Positions 19,166 to 30,809 of a stretch of 64,000 bases of DNA are shown in pieces. The first letter of the stretch is position 1; each line of letters begins with the position of its first letter. This stretch comes from Tepidisphaera sp. (lineage in GTDB: Bacteria > Planctomycetota > Phycisphaerae > Phycisphaerales > UBA1924). The translations under genes and the position numbers were made by a program. The notes beneath the pieces were generated by a model. The model saw nothing but the letters and a program-made list of their open reading frames with translations. It ran no database searches and was not told the DNA's origin. The DNA lies in assembly GCA_050916045.1 (NCBI GenBank), contig CP051526.1:1856001-1920000 (forward strand). Reading direction: 5' to 3'.

Positions 19166-19486
19166 CTACCGAAGAGGCGAGCGGCGACGCAAAGTGCGAG
19201 AAACGGGCTTTCTCGCACGCTTCTTGGCGAGGACTTCGCCAAGGGGCTCGTCGGGGGCTTTCTTCCAGCCCGACTTACGCAGCTTCGCTGCTTTCGCGTT
19301 CTCGCCGGACTCCACGCTCGCACCGTCCAACCCTGAGTTGGCCGCTCGCCGATAGCGGCGGCTTTCGGTGGCTCGGCGACGCTTGATGTTCTTGCGAGAC
19401 GCGTGCGGAGATTCGCCGTAGGTGTTTCGGCGATCTCTCTCAAGGCTAAGCCGCTTCCTCTCCTGCAGCGATCTTTTGTTTTTCAT
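19166..19486 (-). CDS. Small very basic hypothetical protein (106 aa)
   Basis: MKNKRSLQERKRLSLERDRRNTYGESPHASRKNI...WKKAPDEPLG; ATG overlaps upstream stop (ATGA). Confidence 0.65.
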   Translation of the reverse strand: MKNKRSLQERKRLSLERDRRNTYGESPHASRKNIKRRRATESRRYRRAANSGLDGASVESGENAKAAKLRKSGWKKAPDEPLGEVLAKKRARKPVSRTLRRRSPLR

Positions 19487-19764
19487 CGGGATGCTTCCTC
19501 GCCCGTCAAGATCATGTCGCCGCAGGCGAACCGCTGATGAACAACGCCCTCCACGACGATCGCGAGCTGGCCCCACCTTTCCTCGATGTGAATCACCGTG
19601 CATAACGCCTCTGCGCCATCCTTTCGTCGCACACGAACCTCGCAACCAGGTGTCAGCCCCATCGCCCGAATCTCCGTATTGTCCGCGAGAATCCGAGTCC
19701 CGACTGGCAGCGACGGATCGTTCGGGTCGGGTATCGAAAAGACATCGGTGATCCGCGTCCGCAT
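19483..19764 (-). CDS. Small hypothetical protein (93 aa)
   Basis: ATG start; ATGA translational coupling with downstream ORF. Confidence 0.55.
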   Translation of the reverse strand: MRTRITDVFSIPDPNDPSLPVGTRILADNTEIRAMGLTPGCEVRVRRKDGAEALCTVIHIEERWGQLAIVVEGVVHQRFACGDMILTGEEASR

Positions 19765-19828
19765 GGCACGATTCTATTGGAAGTCCGCCCGCGCGGCGCC
19801 CCGGGCTCAGCCCGGGTACCCTCGCTCC

Positions 19829-20389
19829 ATGACGCACCCGTGGCACGACGTGACCCCCGGCATCGAAGGCGATGAGCTTCCCCGTTCCTTCCGGGCCATC
19901 ATCGAGATCCCCAAGGGCTCGAACAACAAGTACGAGCTCGACAAGCCCACCGGCCTGCTCAAGCTCGACCGCGTGCTCTCCTCCGCCGTGTACTACCCGG
20001 CGAACTACGGGTTCATCCCGCAGACCCTCGCCGAGGATGACGACCCCCTCGACGTGCTCGTCTATTCCACCGAAGAGATCCCGCCGATGTGCCTGTGCGA
20101 AGCCCGGGCCGTCGGCCTGATGACCATGATCGACCACGGCGACCCCGATCACAAGATCATCGCCGTCCTCTCCTCGGACCCGATCTACTCCGAGTTCCTG
20201 AAGGCTTCCGACTTCCCCAAGCACATCTTCCGTATGCTCAAGCGGTTCTTCGAGGACTACAAGACGCTCGAAGGCAAGACGGTCGAGGTCGACGACATCA
20301 TGCCCACCGAAGCCGCTCACGCTGTCATCGAGCAGTGCCTCAACCGGTATGAGAAAAGCCGCCGGACCGGCGGCATGAAGGGGCTTTAG
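19829..20389 (+). CDS. ppa: Inorganic pyrophosphatase (family I)
   Basis: HPWHD, IIEIPKGS..KYE, YPANYGFIP, DDDPLDVLV, FFEDYK. Confidence 0.96.
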   Translation: MTHPWHDVTPGIEGDELPRSFRAIIEIPKGSNNKYELDKPTGLLKLDRVLSSAVYYPANYGFIPQTLAEDDDPLDVLVYSTEEIPPMCLCEARAVGLMTMIDHGDPDHKIIAVLSSDPIYSEFLKASDFPKHIFRMLKRFFEDYKTLEGKTVEVDDIMPTEAAHAVIEQCLNRYEKSRRTGGMKGL

Positions 20390-20443
20390 TTCGGGGCTTG
20401 TCCCGTGGCGGCACCGCTCCCGCGAGCGGTGCGTGAACGAGAC

Positions 20444-21082
20444 TTACTTCTTCCCGCCGTCCGGGGCACTGTCGCTCGGCGGAGGCGTGCTCTTGTCGAG
20501 CACGATCGAAGCCGAGTTGATGCAGTACCGCAGGCCGGTCGGCTGATCGGGAGCGTCGTCGAAGACGTGCCCAAGGTGCCCGCCGCACTTGGCGCACGTC
20601 ACTTCGACGCGCCGCATGCCCAGGGTGTTGTCCGCGTGCTCGGCGATCTTCGCTCCCGCCGCTCCGCCGAGCTTGGCGTCCGCGGGCTGGAAGAAGCTCG
20701 GCCAGCCGCACCCGGAGTCGAACTTCGAATCCGAGAAGAAGAGCACCTCGCCGCAGCCGGCGCACTTGTACGACCCCTTCTCCTTGGTGTTCCAGTACTC
20801 GCCGGTGAACGCCCGCTCGGTCCCCTTCTCGCGGAGGACGTGGTACTGCATGGGGGACAGTCGCTTCCGCCACTCTTCTTCGGTCATGGTCTTGGGGTCC
20901 TTGCTTGTCGCCGCGGCGGTGGCCGTCGGCGTGGATTCTGAGACGGGCTGGCTGATCGCCGCCGCCGAGGGGCCCGTGTTCGGGACCGCCGCGGACTTTC
21001 CGGCGTCCGGCTTGGAGCATCCCGCGAGCAAAGCCAGGGAGATGGCCATACCAGTACGAATGAGGATCTGTCGGTTGTTCAT
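20444..21082 (-). CDS. msrB: Peptide-methionine (R)-S-oxide reductase MsrB with lipoprotein signal
   Basis: [16 protein letters not shown] zinc pairs, [22 protein letters not shown]-terminal LLAGC lipobox. Confidence 0.93.
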   Translation of the reverse strand: MNNRQILIRTGMAISLALLAGCSKPDAGKSAAVPNTGPSAAAISQPVSESTPTATAAATSKDPKTMTEEEWRKRLSPMQYHVLREKGTERAFTGEYWNTKEKGSYKCAGCGEVLFFSDSKFDSGCGWPSFFQPADAKLGGAAGAKIAEHADNTLGMRRVEVTCAKCGGHLGHVFDDAPDQPTGLRYCINSASIVLDKSTPPPSDSAPDGGKK

Positions 21083-21201
21083 CACCACTTGGATGCTCCA
21101 AAGGAGGTTTGGTTGCAGAGGAAACCGTCCGTTTCGCCGGGCAATCCGCCGGGCAATGTGCCCGATCCGGACCGCGGGCAGCCCCGCTAGCATCCGATGG
21201 T

Positions 21202-22296
21202 ATGGGCACCCCCCGCGAACTCGGCGAGCGGATCGTGCGACGCTGCCGCGAGCTTGGGTTCGCCGCGTGCGGCATCGCGGATGCATCGCCAACCGCCCGA
21301 GGGGCCGAGCTTCAGGCTTGGCTTGCCGAAGGCAAGCACGGGGACATGGGGTTTCTCGAGAAGATGCTCGACAAGCTGCTCGATCCGGCGAAGGAGCTTC
21401 CCGGCGTTCGGTCGGTCATCATGGTCGCGGATGTCTACCGCTCGCGGAACGACAACGGCGACGAGCCGCCTTCCGACGGCCCGCTCGGCCGCATCGCCCG
21501 CTACGCCCAGGGCAAGGACTACCACGCGTACATCAAGAAGCGGCTCCACGTGCTCAACGATGAACTTCGCATTCTCTACCCGGGCAACAAGTTCCGCACC
21601 TTCACCGACACGGCGCCGGTGCTTGAACGCGAGTACGCCCACCGCGCGGGCCTGGGCTGGATCGGCAAGCACACCCTCGCGATCCATCCGGGCCTGGGCA
21701 GTTACTTCTTCCTCGGTGGCACCTACACGACCCTCCAACTCGACCCGTTGCCCGATCAATGGGTCCCGCGCGACCACTGCGGCACGTGCACCCGCTGCAT
21801 CGACGCCTGCCCGACCCAAGCCATCACGCCGTACTCCGTCGATGCCCGCCGCTGCATCTCGTACCTCACGATCGAGCGTCTGGGGCCGATCGACCCCTTG
21901 TTTCACGAAGCGGTGGGGGACTGGCTTTACGGCTGCGATGTCTGCCAGGAGGTCTGCCCGCACAATTCGCCCCGTCCGCGCGAGCCGCTGGCGTCACCGG
22001 GTGATCGATACACGCCTCTACGCAACGGCTTGTCGCCCCTCGAGATTCTGGAATGGGACGAGGAGGGGCGGCGAACGGCGTTTCATCAGTCGTCGATGAA
22101 GCGGGCTTCCCTCTCGATGATGAAGCGCAACGCGATCATCGTGCTCGCCAACCTCGCAATGCGTGACCCGGGCGCGACGTGGGTCCCGGCCGCGAAAGCA
22201 CGCATCGCCGAGCTGGCGTTGGGTTCTGAAGAACCGATGATCGCGGAAACCGCCCGGGTCAGTCTCGATCGTTTGGCTCGGCAAGGGTCCGGCTGA
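21202..22296 (+). CDS. queG: Epoxyqueuosine reductase QueG
   Basis: [57 protein letters not shown]. Confidence 0.95.
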   Translation: MGTPRELGERIVRRCRELGFAACGIADASPTARGAELQAWLAEGKHGDMGFLEKMLDKLLDPAKELPGVRSVIMVADVYRSRNDNGDEPPSDGPLGRIARYAQGKDYHAYIKKRLHVLNDELRILYPGNKFRTFTDTAPVLEREYAHRAGLGWIGKHTLAIHPGLGSYFFLGGTYTTLQLDPLPDQWVPRDHCGTCTRCIDACPTQAITPYSVDARRCISYLTIERLGPIDPLFHEAVGDWLYGCDVCQEVCPHNSPRPREPLASPGDRYTPLRNGLSPLEILEWDEEGRRTAFHQSSMKRASLSMMKRNAIIVLANLAMRDPGATWVPAAKARIAELALGSEEPMIAETARVSLDRLARQGSG

Positions 22297-23542
22297 GTTT
22301 GACGGGCCTCTCGGTCGCCGCCCGCCGCGAGATCACCGCCGCGACCAGCACTACGCCCAGCGACGGTCCCACCCACCACATGACGCCGTTGATGAACGCC
22401 AGGTACGACGCGGGCATCGCGACCAGCGAACCGACGATCCACGCCCGGAGCATCGGCGGGGTCGGCGCGGCCGGCTTGCTCCACGTCGGCACCATCGCGA
22501 TCAGCACGTACGCCGGGAAGACCAGCCCGTAGAACCCCATCCAGAGGCGGTATCCCCATTCAAAAGCCTGAGCGCCCCCGCCGAGCACCCCGCGGAACTC
22601 CATCACCGCGCCAAGCGACCCGATCCCGAGCACGATCGAGATCAGGGGCAGGTGGCGGACCATCCGCTCCCAGAAGGGGAGGTCTTCGCCGAACTTCCGC
22701 GTCGCCAGGATCTCGGCCGAATGGGCTTCGACCGTGAACCCGATCTGGAACGCGATGTGCATCGCGATCAGGATCGCGGTGAGGCCCTCGATGTGCCAAG
22801 GGACGCCCGCGTACGCCGCGGTGCCGGCGATCATCAGCAGAAAGAGTGCGCCGAACCCGATCGCAAACGCCGCCCGCGGCCGAGCCGCTTCGGCACGGGC
22901 CCGGTGGAACGTCAGATCAAGGTACGGGCAAAGCAGGAACCCGAAGACGCAGACCGCGAGTAGCCCGCCCAGCGAAAGCGCCCCGTCCTTGGTGTGAGGG
23001 CCTTCCACCGCCGCCGGAAGCGACCCCAGCCGCAGCGCCGCGATGAAAATCGCCGCCGAAACCACCCACACCAAAAGCCCCGACCACGGCGTTGTCCGCC
23101 GACGCAGATCCCCCGCCGCGAGCGCGATCCCGATCGCCAGAGCACCCGCCACCGCCGGGGCCGTCTTCTCTTCCAGAGCACGCGAGAGCATGCCCATCGC
23201 GAAGTACCACTGGAACGCCCTCGTCACCACCGAGAAAAGCAGCATCGCCGGCCGGTGCGCCCGAACCAGCTCACGCGAATGCTCCGGGCTCTTCACCATC
23301 CACCCCATCGCCGCCGCGCCGATCACGTTCGGAGCCGCGAAGATCACCCACGCCAGCCACCCGTGATCGCGGACCAGAAGCACCGGCAGAAACATCCCGA
23401 TGCACCATGTCCACGACGAAGCCAGATACCCCGCCCACGCGGAGGTGTTCCCGACGACACTCAAGCGGCTCGTGCGTTCCAATCGGGGCAGGGTACACCC
23501 CCCGTGACGCCCGCGTCCCGCCCCGGAACTTTCCCGGTACAC
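22259..23542 (-). CDS. Multi-pass membrane protein, possibly transporter-like; true start probably internal
   Basis: About 11-12 hydrophobic segments; SSWTWCIGMFLP and CPYLDLTFHR conserved-looking motifs. Confidence 0.65.
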   Translation of the reverse strand: MYRESSGAGRGRHGGCTLPRLERTSRLSVVGNTSAWAGYLASSWTWCIGMFLPVLLVRDHGWLAWVIFAAPNVIGAAAMGWMVKSPEHSRELVRAHRPAMLLFSVVTRAFQWYFAMGMLSRALEEKTAPAVAGALAIGIALAAGDLRRRTTPWSGLLVWVVSAAIFIAALRLGSLPAAVEGPHTKDGALSLGGLLAVCVFGFLLCPYLDLTFHRARAEAARPRAAFAIGFGALFLLMIAGTAAYAGVPWHIEGLTAILIAMHIAFQIGFTVEAHSAEILATRKFGEDLPFWERMVRHLPLISIVLGIGSLGAVMEFRGVLGGGAQAFEWGYRLWMGFYGLVFPAYVLIAMVPTWSKPAAPTPPMLRAWIVGSLVAMPASYLAFINGVMWWVGPSLGVVLVAAVISRRAATERPVKLSRTLAEPNDRD

Positions 23543-23598
23543 TCCCGTGAACCTTCGGCACCCGGGACGCGATGAACCGGGACTTCCAGGAGTATCTC

Positions 23599-24213
23599 AT
23601 GCACGTTCTGCCCCGTTTCGCCCGCGTCCTTCTTCTCGCCGCCGCGTCCTCTGCCGCGATCCTTGCCGGCTGCGCCTCGTCGTCGTCGCCGTCCGCCGCT
23701 TCGGCCGGCACGCCGGCCAACGTCGACCTTCGTGTCGTGATCGCGGAGGGCACGGTGAACGGCTTTGACTTTGGCTCGGGCACCGCTCCGATCAACTTCT
23801 CCGTGGCGCCCGACCCCGCCAGGAACTACCTCTGCGGGGTCATTTCCGAAGCCGACGCCGCCGCCGCCCGCGCCACGCTCGCCAGGGACGGCGTCACGGT
23901 TCTGTCCGCTCCCCGCATCATCGCCGCTTCAGGCAAGCCCGCGAGCATCCAGGTCGGCGACGACCTCGTCGGGACCATGAAGCTCGACGTGACCGCGACC
24001 GCCGCCGACGACGGCACCCTCCGCGTAAAGGTCAGCTACTCAAGCGGCACCACCGGCCCCGGCTTCCCGGAAACGACCTTCGCCCTCAAACTCGGCCAGT
24101 CCATCGTCGCCGTCGCTCGGGATGCAACGCCGGGAGAGAAAGCCGCGACGAGCCAGACCCTCCTCATCACCCCCGCGATCGCTCCTCCCGCAAAGGTCGC
24201 CGCCGCCCGATAA
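23599..24213 (+). CDS. Lipoprotein with secretin-core-like motifs
   Basis: ILAGC lipobox; VLSAPRI..ASGKPASIQVG, GTMKLDVT, TTFALKLGQSIV, LLITPAI; CAGGAG RBS. Confidence 0.65.
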   Translation: MHVLPRFARVLLLAAASSAAILAGCASSSSPSAASAGTPANVDLRVVIAEGTVNGFDFGSGTAPINFSVAPDPARNYLCGVISEADAAAARATLARDGVTVLSAPRIIAASGKPASIQVGDDLVGTMKLDVTATAADDGTLRVKVSYSSGTTGPGFPETTFALKLGQSIVAVARDATPGEKAATSQTLLITPAIAPPAKVAAAR

Positions 24214-24227
24214 ACCCCCGGCCGCTT

Positions 24228-24578
24228 TCAGGGTCCATCGTCCGGAACCCCGCAGTACATGCACCACCCGCGCGTGCCCGACATCGCACGCCCGCACTTC
24301 AGGCACGTCTTCGTGGTGCTCGACATCTTCCCGTCGAGCTTCCCGTCCTGAAGGTCAAGCTCCCTCACCCGCTTCTCGATCGCCGCCGAAGTCACCCCCG
24401 CGTGCTCCTGAAGCAGCGACCCCAGAGCGGCGCAGATCAGCTCAAGCCGATCGATCCGCACCCTGAGCTCCTCCGCGACCCGCGTCCCATCCCGCGCCGC
24501 TTGCCGCGCCCGACTCGTGTCGTCATCCAGTTCCCGAAGCCGATTCTGTTGATGCAGGTCCCACAGAAATCCGAACAT
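24228..24578 (-). CDS. Small coiled-coil plus zinc-ribbon hypothetical protein
   Basis: GGGGAGG RBS; ELDLQDGKLDGK; CLKC...CMYC. Confidence 0.75.
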   Translation of the reverse strand: MFGFLWDLHQQNRLRELDDDTSRARQAARDGTRVAEELRVRIDRLELICAALGSLLQEHAGVTSAAIEKRVRELDLQDGKLDGKMSSTTKTCLKCGRAMSGTRGWCMYCGVPDDGP

Positions 24579-24662
24579 CGCCGACCTCCCCTTCTTTTTC
24601 AGCCCACTCGACCCGCAAAACGATATCGCAAGCCAGCTTTCCGAGCCGACGTACCCTCCCGC

Positions 24663-25913
24663 ATGCCCGAAGCCGTCACCTTCGACCAGATCGTCGCCGC
24701 CCGCGCCCGCATCCAATCCGGCGTCATCCACACGCCCTGCTCCCACTCCCTCGCCCTTTCCGACGTCTGCGGCTGCACGATCTACGCCAAATCCGAGTAC
24801 CTCCAGGCCACCGGCTCGTTCAAGGAACGCGGCGCCCGCAACACGCTCCTTCAACTCACCCCCGAGCAGCGCAAGCTCGGCGTCATCGCCGCTTCCGCCG
24901 GCAACCACGCTCTCGCCCTCGCCCACCACGGCAAGCTCCTGGGCATCCCCGTCACCGTCGTGATGCCCTACTACGCACCCATCATCAAGCAGTCGCGTTG
25001 CCGCGGCATGGGCGCGACCGTCATTCTCGAAGGCGAGACCCTTGCGGACTCCCGCGTCCGGGCCGATGCGCTCGCCGCCGAGAAAGGCTTCACCTATATC
25101 AACGGGTTCGACGATCCGCGCGTGATCGCCGGTACCGGGACCATCGGCCTTGAAGTTCTCGAGCAAGCCCCCGACCTCGACGCGATCGTCGTGCCCATCG
25201 GCGGCGGAGGGCTGATCGCGGGCGTCTCGCTCGCCATCAAGACCGCCGCTCCGCAGATCAAGATCATCGGCGTCCAGCCCGAACGCTGCCCCAGCTTCTC
25301 CGCGGCTCTCGAAGCCGGAAAGCCCGTGCGTGTGCCCACGTCGCCGACCCTCGCCGACGGCTTGGCGGTTCCGATGGTCGGCCCCAACTCCTTCGAGATC
25401 GCCCGCTCACGCGTCGACGAGGTGATCTCCGTCGGCGAGGAAGAGCTCGCCCTCGCCATCCTCCGCATCGCCGAGTGCGAGAAGGGTGTCGTCGAGGGCG
25501 CGGGCGCCGCCGCTCTCGCCGCGTTCATCTCCGGCCGACTGCGCCATCTTCACGACAAACGTGTCGCGCTGCTCTTCTGCGGCGGCAACATCGATCCCAC
25601 GGTCCTCGGACGCGTCATCGAGCGCGGTCTCGTCGCCGACGGCCGCGTGACGCAGTTCACCGCCGTCATCCCCGACCGCCCGGGCGGCCTCGCTCGCTTC
25701 ACCGCCGCGATCGCCGAAGCCGGCGCCAGCGTCAAGGAGATCGACCACGAGCGGGCGTTCTCCTCCGCCGACATCTCGACTGTGCAGGTCCTCTGCACCG
25801 TCGAGACCCGCGACGCTCAGCACGTCGAGGAACTCCACGAACTGCTGCGTCAGCGCGGCATACGCGTCACCGCCCGCACCCAGCCCGCCGCTTGTATGGT
25901 CCCGGCGATCTAG
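24663..25913 (+). CDS. ilvA: Threonine ammonia-lyase (PLP-dependent) with C-terminal ACT domain
   Basis: [46 protein letters not shown] motif. Confidence 0.9.
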   Translation: MPEAVTFDQIVAARARIQSGVIHTPCSHSLALSDVCGCTIYAKSEYLQATGSFKERGARNTLLQLTPEQRKLGVIAASAGNHALALAHHGKLLGIPVTVVMPYYAPIIKQSRCRGMGATVILEGETLADSRVRADALAAEKGFTYINGFDDPRVIAGTGTIGLEVLEQAPDLDAIVVPIGGGGLIAGVSLAIKTAAPQIKIIGVQPERCPSFSAALEAGKPVRVPTSPTLADGLAVPMVGPNSFEIARSRVDEVISVGEEELALAILRIAECEKGVVEGAGAAALAAFISGRLRHLHDKRVALLFCGGNIDPTVLGRVIERGLVADGRVTQFTAVIPDRPGGLARFTAAIAEAGASVKEIDHERAFSSADISTVQVLCTVETRDAQHVEELHELLRQRGIRVTARTQPAACMVPAI

Positions 25914-27856
25914 CCGTTCACCGGACTTGCAACTGGTGCCTTCGCGGGCCTGTCCGCCATCCGACGCACGAGCGCGACCAGCTCCGGCACCTTCAGCGGC
26001 TTGCTCGCAAGGTCATCGCACCCCGCCGCGATCGCCAGAGCCCGGTCTTCCTCGCTCGTGTTCGCCGTCAAAGCCACGATCGGCCCGACGTACCCGCTCG
26101 CCCGGAGCTTTCGCGTCGTCTCGTACCCGTCCATCACCGGCATCTGGATGTCCATCAGCACGACATCGTTCCCGCCGGACATTGTGTGCTCGTACGCGCT
26201 CCCGCCGTTCCCGACCACATCGACGATCGCGCCGGCTTTGGTCAGGTGGTAGCGGATGAGGTGCTGGTTGTCCACGCTGTCCTCGGCCAGCATCACCTTC
26301 ACGCCCGCGAGAGAACACGCACCGCTCGCGGCTTTCGCTGCTTGCGGCAGCGCCACTGGCTCGGCGGGAACCTCCATCGTGAACGTCGTGCCGACGCCGG
26401 GCGTCGACCTTGCCGTCAGCGTGCCGCCCATAGCCTCGGCCAGACGCTTGGAAATCGCAAGCCCCAGACCCGTTCCCCCGAACCTCCGCGTCGTCGAAAC
26501 GTCCGCCTGCGAAAATGCCGTGAAAAGCCCCGCCATCTGCTCGGGCGTTATGCCCACGCCGGTGTCCTCGACTTCGACCTTCAGACGCCCCGCCGCGTAC
26601 GACGACCGCACCGTCACCGAGCCGCGCTCCGTGAACTTCACCGCGTTCCCGATCAGGTTCACAAGCACCTGCGACAGACGGGTCGGATCCCCGAGCACGC
26701 CCGCGGGCACCTCCGCGGCGACCAGATGGCTGAGCGTGATTCCCTTCGCGTGCGCCTTGGCTTCGAGCATCCTCGTCGCGTCCTCCGCGATGGTGCGAGG
26801 AGAGAGCGGAACGCGTTCGATGGTCATCCGCCCCGCTTCGATCTTGGAGAAGTCGAGGATGTCGTTGATGACCGAGAGAAGGTGCTGCCCCGCGCGGCTG
26901 ATGGTCGCGAGGCAAGCCCTGCGCTCTGCCTCGGTCTGCCCCTCTTCCGCCAGAAGGTCGATGTATCCGAGGATGGATGTCATCGGGGTGCGGATCTCGT
27001 GGCTGATGTTCGCCACGAACGCAGCTTTGGCTCGTTCGCCGGCCTTCGCGGCGTGCAGAGCCCGCTCGAGATCCTGGTTCATCGCTGAGATCCGCTTCGC
27101 GGCGGCCCGCGCTTCGGCCTCGGCCAGCTCCAGCGCCTTCACGCTGCGAAGACGTTCGAAGGTCATCCTCCAGATCAGCAGGCCCGCGAGAAGCGAGATG
27201 AGCCCGGCCGGGATTCCGGCGAGGACCGCCGTCCGGCTCATTTTCGCGATCTGGGCTTCAAACTCCTCCGCGGTGACATCGACGCCGACAAAGCACGCGA
27301 TCGTCCCGTCATCCCGCCGCACGGGCGCGAATCCCGAAACGAACACGCCCCACTGGTCGCGGTGCGGTTCCTCGCTGACAGCCGGTTCACCGGTCTTGAA
27401 CGCCTTGATCATCGCTTCGTCGACATCCTCGTATACCTCGCCGAGTTTGGCCTGATCATCCACCCCGTCCCCGTCGTTGTCCCCTGCGGGCGTGCAGTCC
27501 ACCACGAACCGAACTTCCTCATTCGTGATCCTGAACGTGTAGATGAACTGCACCCCCGGAGTCGCGTTCAGGATCCGTCGCAGCGGGCTCGCGACCCGCT
27601 CAAACTCCGCCGACTCTTGTTGGGATGGATCAGTCAGCCCATCGTGCAACCGCGTGTCGACCTGCGAAGCGGCCGCGTCCGCGATCGCGATGATTCGATC
27701 GTTCACCTGCGACCGGTACGCTTGCATCGAAAGCCGGTGCACCATCGCGATCGAGGCCCACGCGACGAGCATCAGCGTGACCGCGAACGCCGTCGCGTTC
27801 CGAGCCGCCCGAAGCCCAAGCCTGCTCAACATGCGGTCCTGACTCTGCCCGGGCAT
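25910..27856 (-). CDS. Membrane hybrid sensor histidine kinase / response regulator
   Basis: 2 TM helices around a Cache-like periplasmic domain; SHEIRTP H-box; [21 protein letters not shown]; receiver LMDIQMP. Confidence 0.93.
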   Translation of the reverse strand: MPGQSQDRMLSRLGLRAARNATAFAVTLMLVAWASIAMVHRLSMQAYRSQVNDRIIAIADAAASQVDTRLHDGLTDPSQQESAEFERVASPLRRILNATPGVQFIYTFRITNEEVRFVVDCTPAGDNDGDGVDDQAKLGEVYEDVDEAMIKAFKTGEPAVSEEPHRDQWGVFVSGFAPVRRDDGTIACFVGVDVTAEEFEAQIAKMSRTAVLAGIPAGLISLLAGLLIWRMTFERLRSVKALELAEAEARAAAKRISAMNQDLERALHAAKAGERAKAAFVANISHEIRTPMTSILGYIDLLAEEGQTEAERRACLATISRAGQHLLSVINDILDFSKIEAGRMTIERVPLSPRTIAEDATRMLEAKAHAKGITLSHLVAAEVPAGVLGDPTRLSQVLVNLIGNAVKFTERGSVTVRSSYAAGRLKVEVEDTGVGITPEQMAGLFTAFSQADVSTTRRFGGTGLGLAISKRLAEAMGGTLTARSTPGVGTTFTMEVPAEPVALPQAAKAASGACSLAGVKVMLAEDSVDNQHLIRYHLTKAGAIVDVVGNGGSAYEHTMSGGNDVVLMDIQMPVMDGYETTRKLRASGYVGPIVALTANTSEEDRALAIAAGCDDLASKPLKVPELVALVRRMADRPAKAPVASPVNG

Positions 27857-27932
27857 CCGAAGTCCTCCAGGATCAAGGACTATCGGTCTAATTTGGACGC
27901 CAAATCAGGACCGCCCACCGATCAAGCCCGCG

Positions 27933-27968
27933 AAAGAGAAACGCCGCCCGGGGGTCCGGGCGGCGTTT
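27933..27968 (-). terminator. Rho-independent terminator of ftsH
   Basis: 13-bp stem AAACGCCGCCCGG/CCGGGCGGCGTTT followed by T-rich tail on minus strand. Confidence 0.8.
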
Positions 27969-28003
27969 GTAATGGATCTCGATCTTTCGAAGGTCCGAGC
28001 CGG

Positions 28004-30064
28004 TTACACCGGCGTCGGGAGCGCGCCCGCTGCGGGTGGCTCGGGCCGCTGCTCGGGTGCCGCCGCCTGAATCGCGTCCCAGCGAGCACTCTCGGCCCGC
28101 AAAAGCTCGGCGACCGTCGCGCGACCCAGGGTCTCGCCCCGCATCAGCTTGTGCACCTCGTCGCCCGTGAGCGTCTCGTACTTGAGGAGCGCCTCGGCCA
28201 CGGCTTGCACCTTGACCCAGTTCTCATCCAGCATGCGGGCCGCGTCCGAATACGCTTCATCCACGAACCGCTTGATCTCTTCGTCGATCAGCTTGGCGGT
28301 CTCGTCGGAATACTGCTGCTCGGGGACGAACGTCTCGCGCGAGTCGGTGCCGGCGTACCGGACAAACCCGAGCTTCTGGCTCATGCCCCACTCCAGGACC
28401 ATCATGCGGGCAATGTTCGTCGCCTGCTGGATGTCCATCGATGCGCCGCTCGAAACGTCCTGCATCTCGCGGGCTTCCGCGATGCGGCCGCCGCAAAGCA
28501 CCCGCATGGTCGCGTAAAGCCACTTGAGGCTGTACCCCATCCGGTCCTTCTGAGGCAGGCTGAACGTCGCGCCGCCCGCCGCTCCGCGCGGGATGATCGT
28601 CACCTTGTGAAGCGGGTCCGCGTCCTTCTGCAGAGCCTGAAGCACCGCGTGCCCGGCTTCGTGATACGCGACCAGACGGTTCTCGTCCTTTTCGCGGACC
28701 CGGCTCTTCTTCGCCCGGCCGAACTTCACCTTGTCGCGGGCTTCTTCGAGGTCTTCGTGCTCGATGAAGTCCTTGTTGCCCATCGTCGCGCTGATCGCCG
28801 CTTCGTTGATGATCGCCGCCAGGTCCGCGCCGCTGAACATCGGCGTGCCCCGGGCGACCTTCTCGAGATCGACGTCCGGCCCGAGCTTGACCTTTTTCGC
28901 GTGAACCTTGAGGATCTCCAGACGCCCCTTGACGTCGGGAAGCGGCACCACCACCTGCCGGTCGAACCGGCCGGGGCGGATGAGCGCCGGGTCCAGCACG
29001 TCCGAACGGTTCGTCGCCGCGATGACGATCACGCCGTCGCTGGCCGCGAAACCGTCCATCTCCACCAGAATCGCGTTGAGGGTCTGTTCACGCTCATCGT
29101 GACCGCCTGTCGTGAACCCGCTCCCGCGGCGGCGACCGACGGCGTCGATCTCGTCGAGGAAGATGATGCACGGGGAGGAGTCCTTGGCCTGCTTGAAGAG
29201 GTCGCGGACGCGGCTTGCGCCCACGCCGACGAACATCTCGACGAAGTCCGACCCGGAGATCGAGAAGAACGGCACGTCGGCTTCGCCCGCGATCGCTTTC
29301 GCGAGGAGCGTCTTGCCGCAGCCGGGCTCTCCGATCAGGAGCACGCCGCGCGGGATCCGACCGCCGATCTTGGTGAACTTCTTGGGGTTCTTCAGGAACT
29401 CGATGATCTCGGTCACTTCGCTCTTGGCTTCCTCGATGCCCGCCACGTCCGCGAAGGTGATTCCCGTCATCTCCTTGTTCATGACGCGGTGCTTGCTCTT
29501 GCCGAAATTGCCGAGCATCCCGCCCGCTCCGCCCGAACCGCGAAGCAGCCTCGTCACCAGGAACCATCCGATCACGAGGAAGATGATAAACGGCACCCAG
29601 ATCACCGCGGCCTGTGCCCAAAGCGATGACTGCTCCGTCTGGTACTGACCCTTGGTCGTGTCCGCGATCAGCTTCACTGTCGACTCGCGCGTCGCCGTGT
29701 TCAGCTTGATGTAAAGCGGCACTTCCTTCGCAAGCTCCGGACCCGGCCGCTGCGTCGCGTAGATCATCGAATCCGAAATCACGACCGAACCGGTCGCGAT
29801 CTGGGTCGGCTGCGCGGTCCACAGACGGACGAACTCCTCGGGCGTGATCTCACGCTTGCCCGCGGTGCCCTGGAAGACGAACATGATCAGGATCGCCATC
29901 AGAGAGACCAGAAGGATCGCCGCGAACGCGCCGCGACCCGGCCCCATCGGTGCCGCCGGCCCCGGCCCTTCCGGACCGCCACCCTGTCCCTGCCGACGCC
30001 CACCAGCCGGCGGTCCACCCGGTCCGGGGCGACCCTGGCGTCCGGGCTTGTCATCGTGAGCCAT
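28004..30064 (-). CDS. ftsH: ATP-dependent zinc metalloprotease FtsH (start uncertain)
   Basis: 2 [31 protein letters not shown]. Confidence 0.96.
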   Translation of the reverse strand: MAHDDKPGRQGRPGPGGPPAGGRRQGQGGGPEGPGPAAPMGPGRGAFAAILLVSLMAILIMFVFQGTAGKREITPEEFVRLWTAQPTQIATGSVVISDSMIYATQRPGPELAKEVPLYIKLNTATRESTVKLIADTTKGQYQTEQSSLWAQAAVIWVPFIIFLVIGWFLVTRLLRGSGGAGGMLGNFGKSKHRVMNKEMTGITFADVAGIEEAKSEVTEIIEFLKNPKKFTKIGGRIPRGVLLIGEPGCGKTLLAKAIAGEADVPFFSISGSDFVEMFVGVGASRVRDLFKQAKDSSPCIIFLDEIDAVGRRRGSGFTTGGHDEREQTLNAILVEMDGFAASDGVIVIAATNRSDVLDPALIRPGRFDRQVVVPLPDVKGRLEILKVHAKKVKLGPDVDLEKVARGTPMFSGADLAAIINEAAISATMGNKDFIEHEDLEEARDKVKFGRAKKSRVREKDENRLVAYHEAGHAVLQALQKDADPLHKVTIIPRGAAGGATFSLPQKDRMGYSLKWLYATMRVLCGGRIAEAREMQDVSSGASMDIQQATNIARMMVLEWGMSQKLGFVRYAGTDSRETFVPEQQYSDETAKLIDEEIKRFVDEAYSDAARMLDENWVKVQAVAEALLKYETLTGDEVHKLMRGETLGRATVAELLRAESARWDAIQAAAPEQRPEPPAAGALPTPV

Positions 30065-30284
30065 CACCAGCGATCCCGAAAGACCCGCCGTGCCGCTCTC
30101 CCGCCATGCGCTAAACCATCGACGAAGACTCATGAGCATGTATTCGGCTTCTTTCCCCCGCAGATGCAGGGTAATCCGTCTATCTTCCGAACAATAGCAC
30201 CCAGCGCGTCCAAGCAAGGGCGCGCCCCCGACCACATTCTTTACCGCTTTGGACCCACGAATGTTCGCCGGTTTCCGCGCCGGA

Positions 30285-30809
30285 TCACCACGCGGTTCGG
30301 AGTTCGTTCACGATGTCCTTCGCGAGCGCACCGAACGCGGAATGCCGTGCCGCTTCAATCGGCTCGCCACCCCCGCGAGCGGGAGCAAACGAGTCCGCCG
30401 CGCTGAACCCCCGCCGCGCGGCGATCACCTTCCCCGTTCGGGCGTCGCGCCACTCAAAATCCACCGTCGCTGTAAGCCCCAGCTCCTGCACCAGCCCGGT
30501 CGTCGGATTCTGCGACAGCCGGCGAAGCTCAAGGCCCGTCAAAGTCCCCGAAAGCACCGAGTCCGACGAGGTGTTCTGGAGCACCTGGAACCCGCGTGCC
30601 TGAAGCTCCTTGATCACCGCTTCGGTCAGCAATGCCTCGTGGCCCGGCTCGCTGGTCGTGTTGCCGAAGACCGGCACCTTCACCGTGCGCACATTCGCCG
30701 GGAACGTCGAGCGCGTCGAATAGCCCGTCCGCGGGTCCGACGAGCAGCCCGTGACCACCACCGCAAGTCCCAAAGCCAAGGCCCAGCGGGCCGTCGTCTG
30801 CGTGTTCAA
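30285..30809 (-). CDS. lptE: LPS assembly lipoprotein LptE-like
   Basis: TTG start overlapping bamD stop (TTGA) with GGGAGG RBS; VTGC lipobox; VRTVKVPVFGN, LTEAVIKEL, VDFEWRD, ends TAW. Confidence 0.75.
   Translation of the reverse strand: MNTQTTARWALALGLAVVVTGCSSDPRTGYSTRSTFPANVRTVKVPVFGNTTSEPGHEALLTEAVIKELQARGFQVLQNTSSDSVLSGTLTGLELRRLSQNPTTGLVQELGLTATVDFEWRDARTGKVIAARRGFSAADSFAPARGGGEPIEAARHSAFGALAKDIVNELRTAW

Noticed and set aside
16600..19386. 928-aa plus-strand ORF containing the LRSA heptads
   Set aside because: Mostly antisense to the thioesterase and hydrolase genes; only the repeat segment shows any coding-like signal, reported separately
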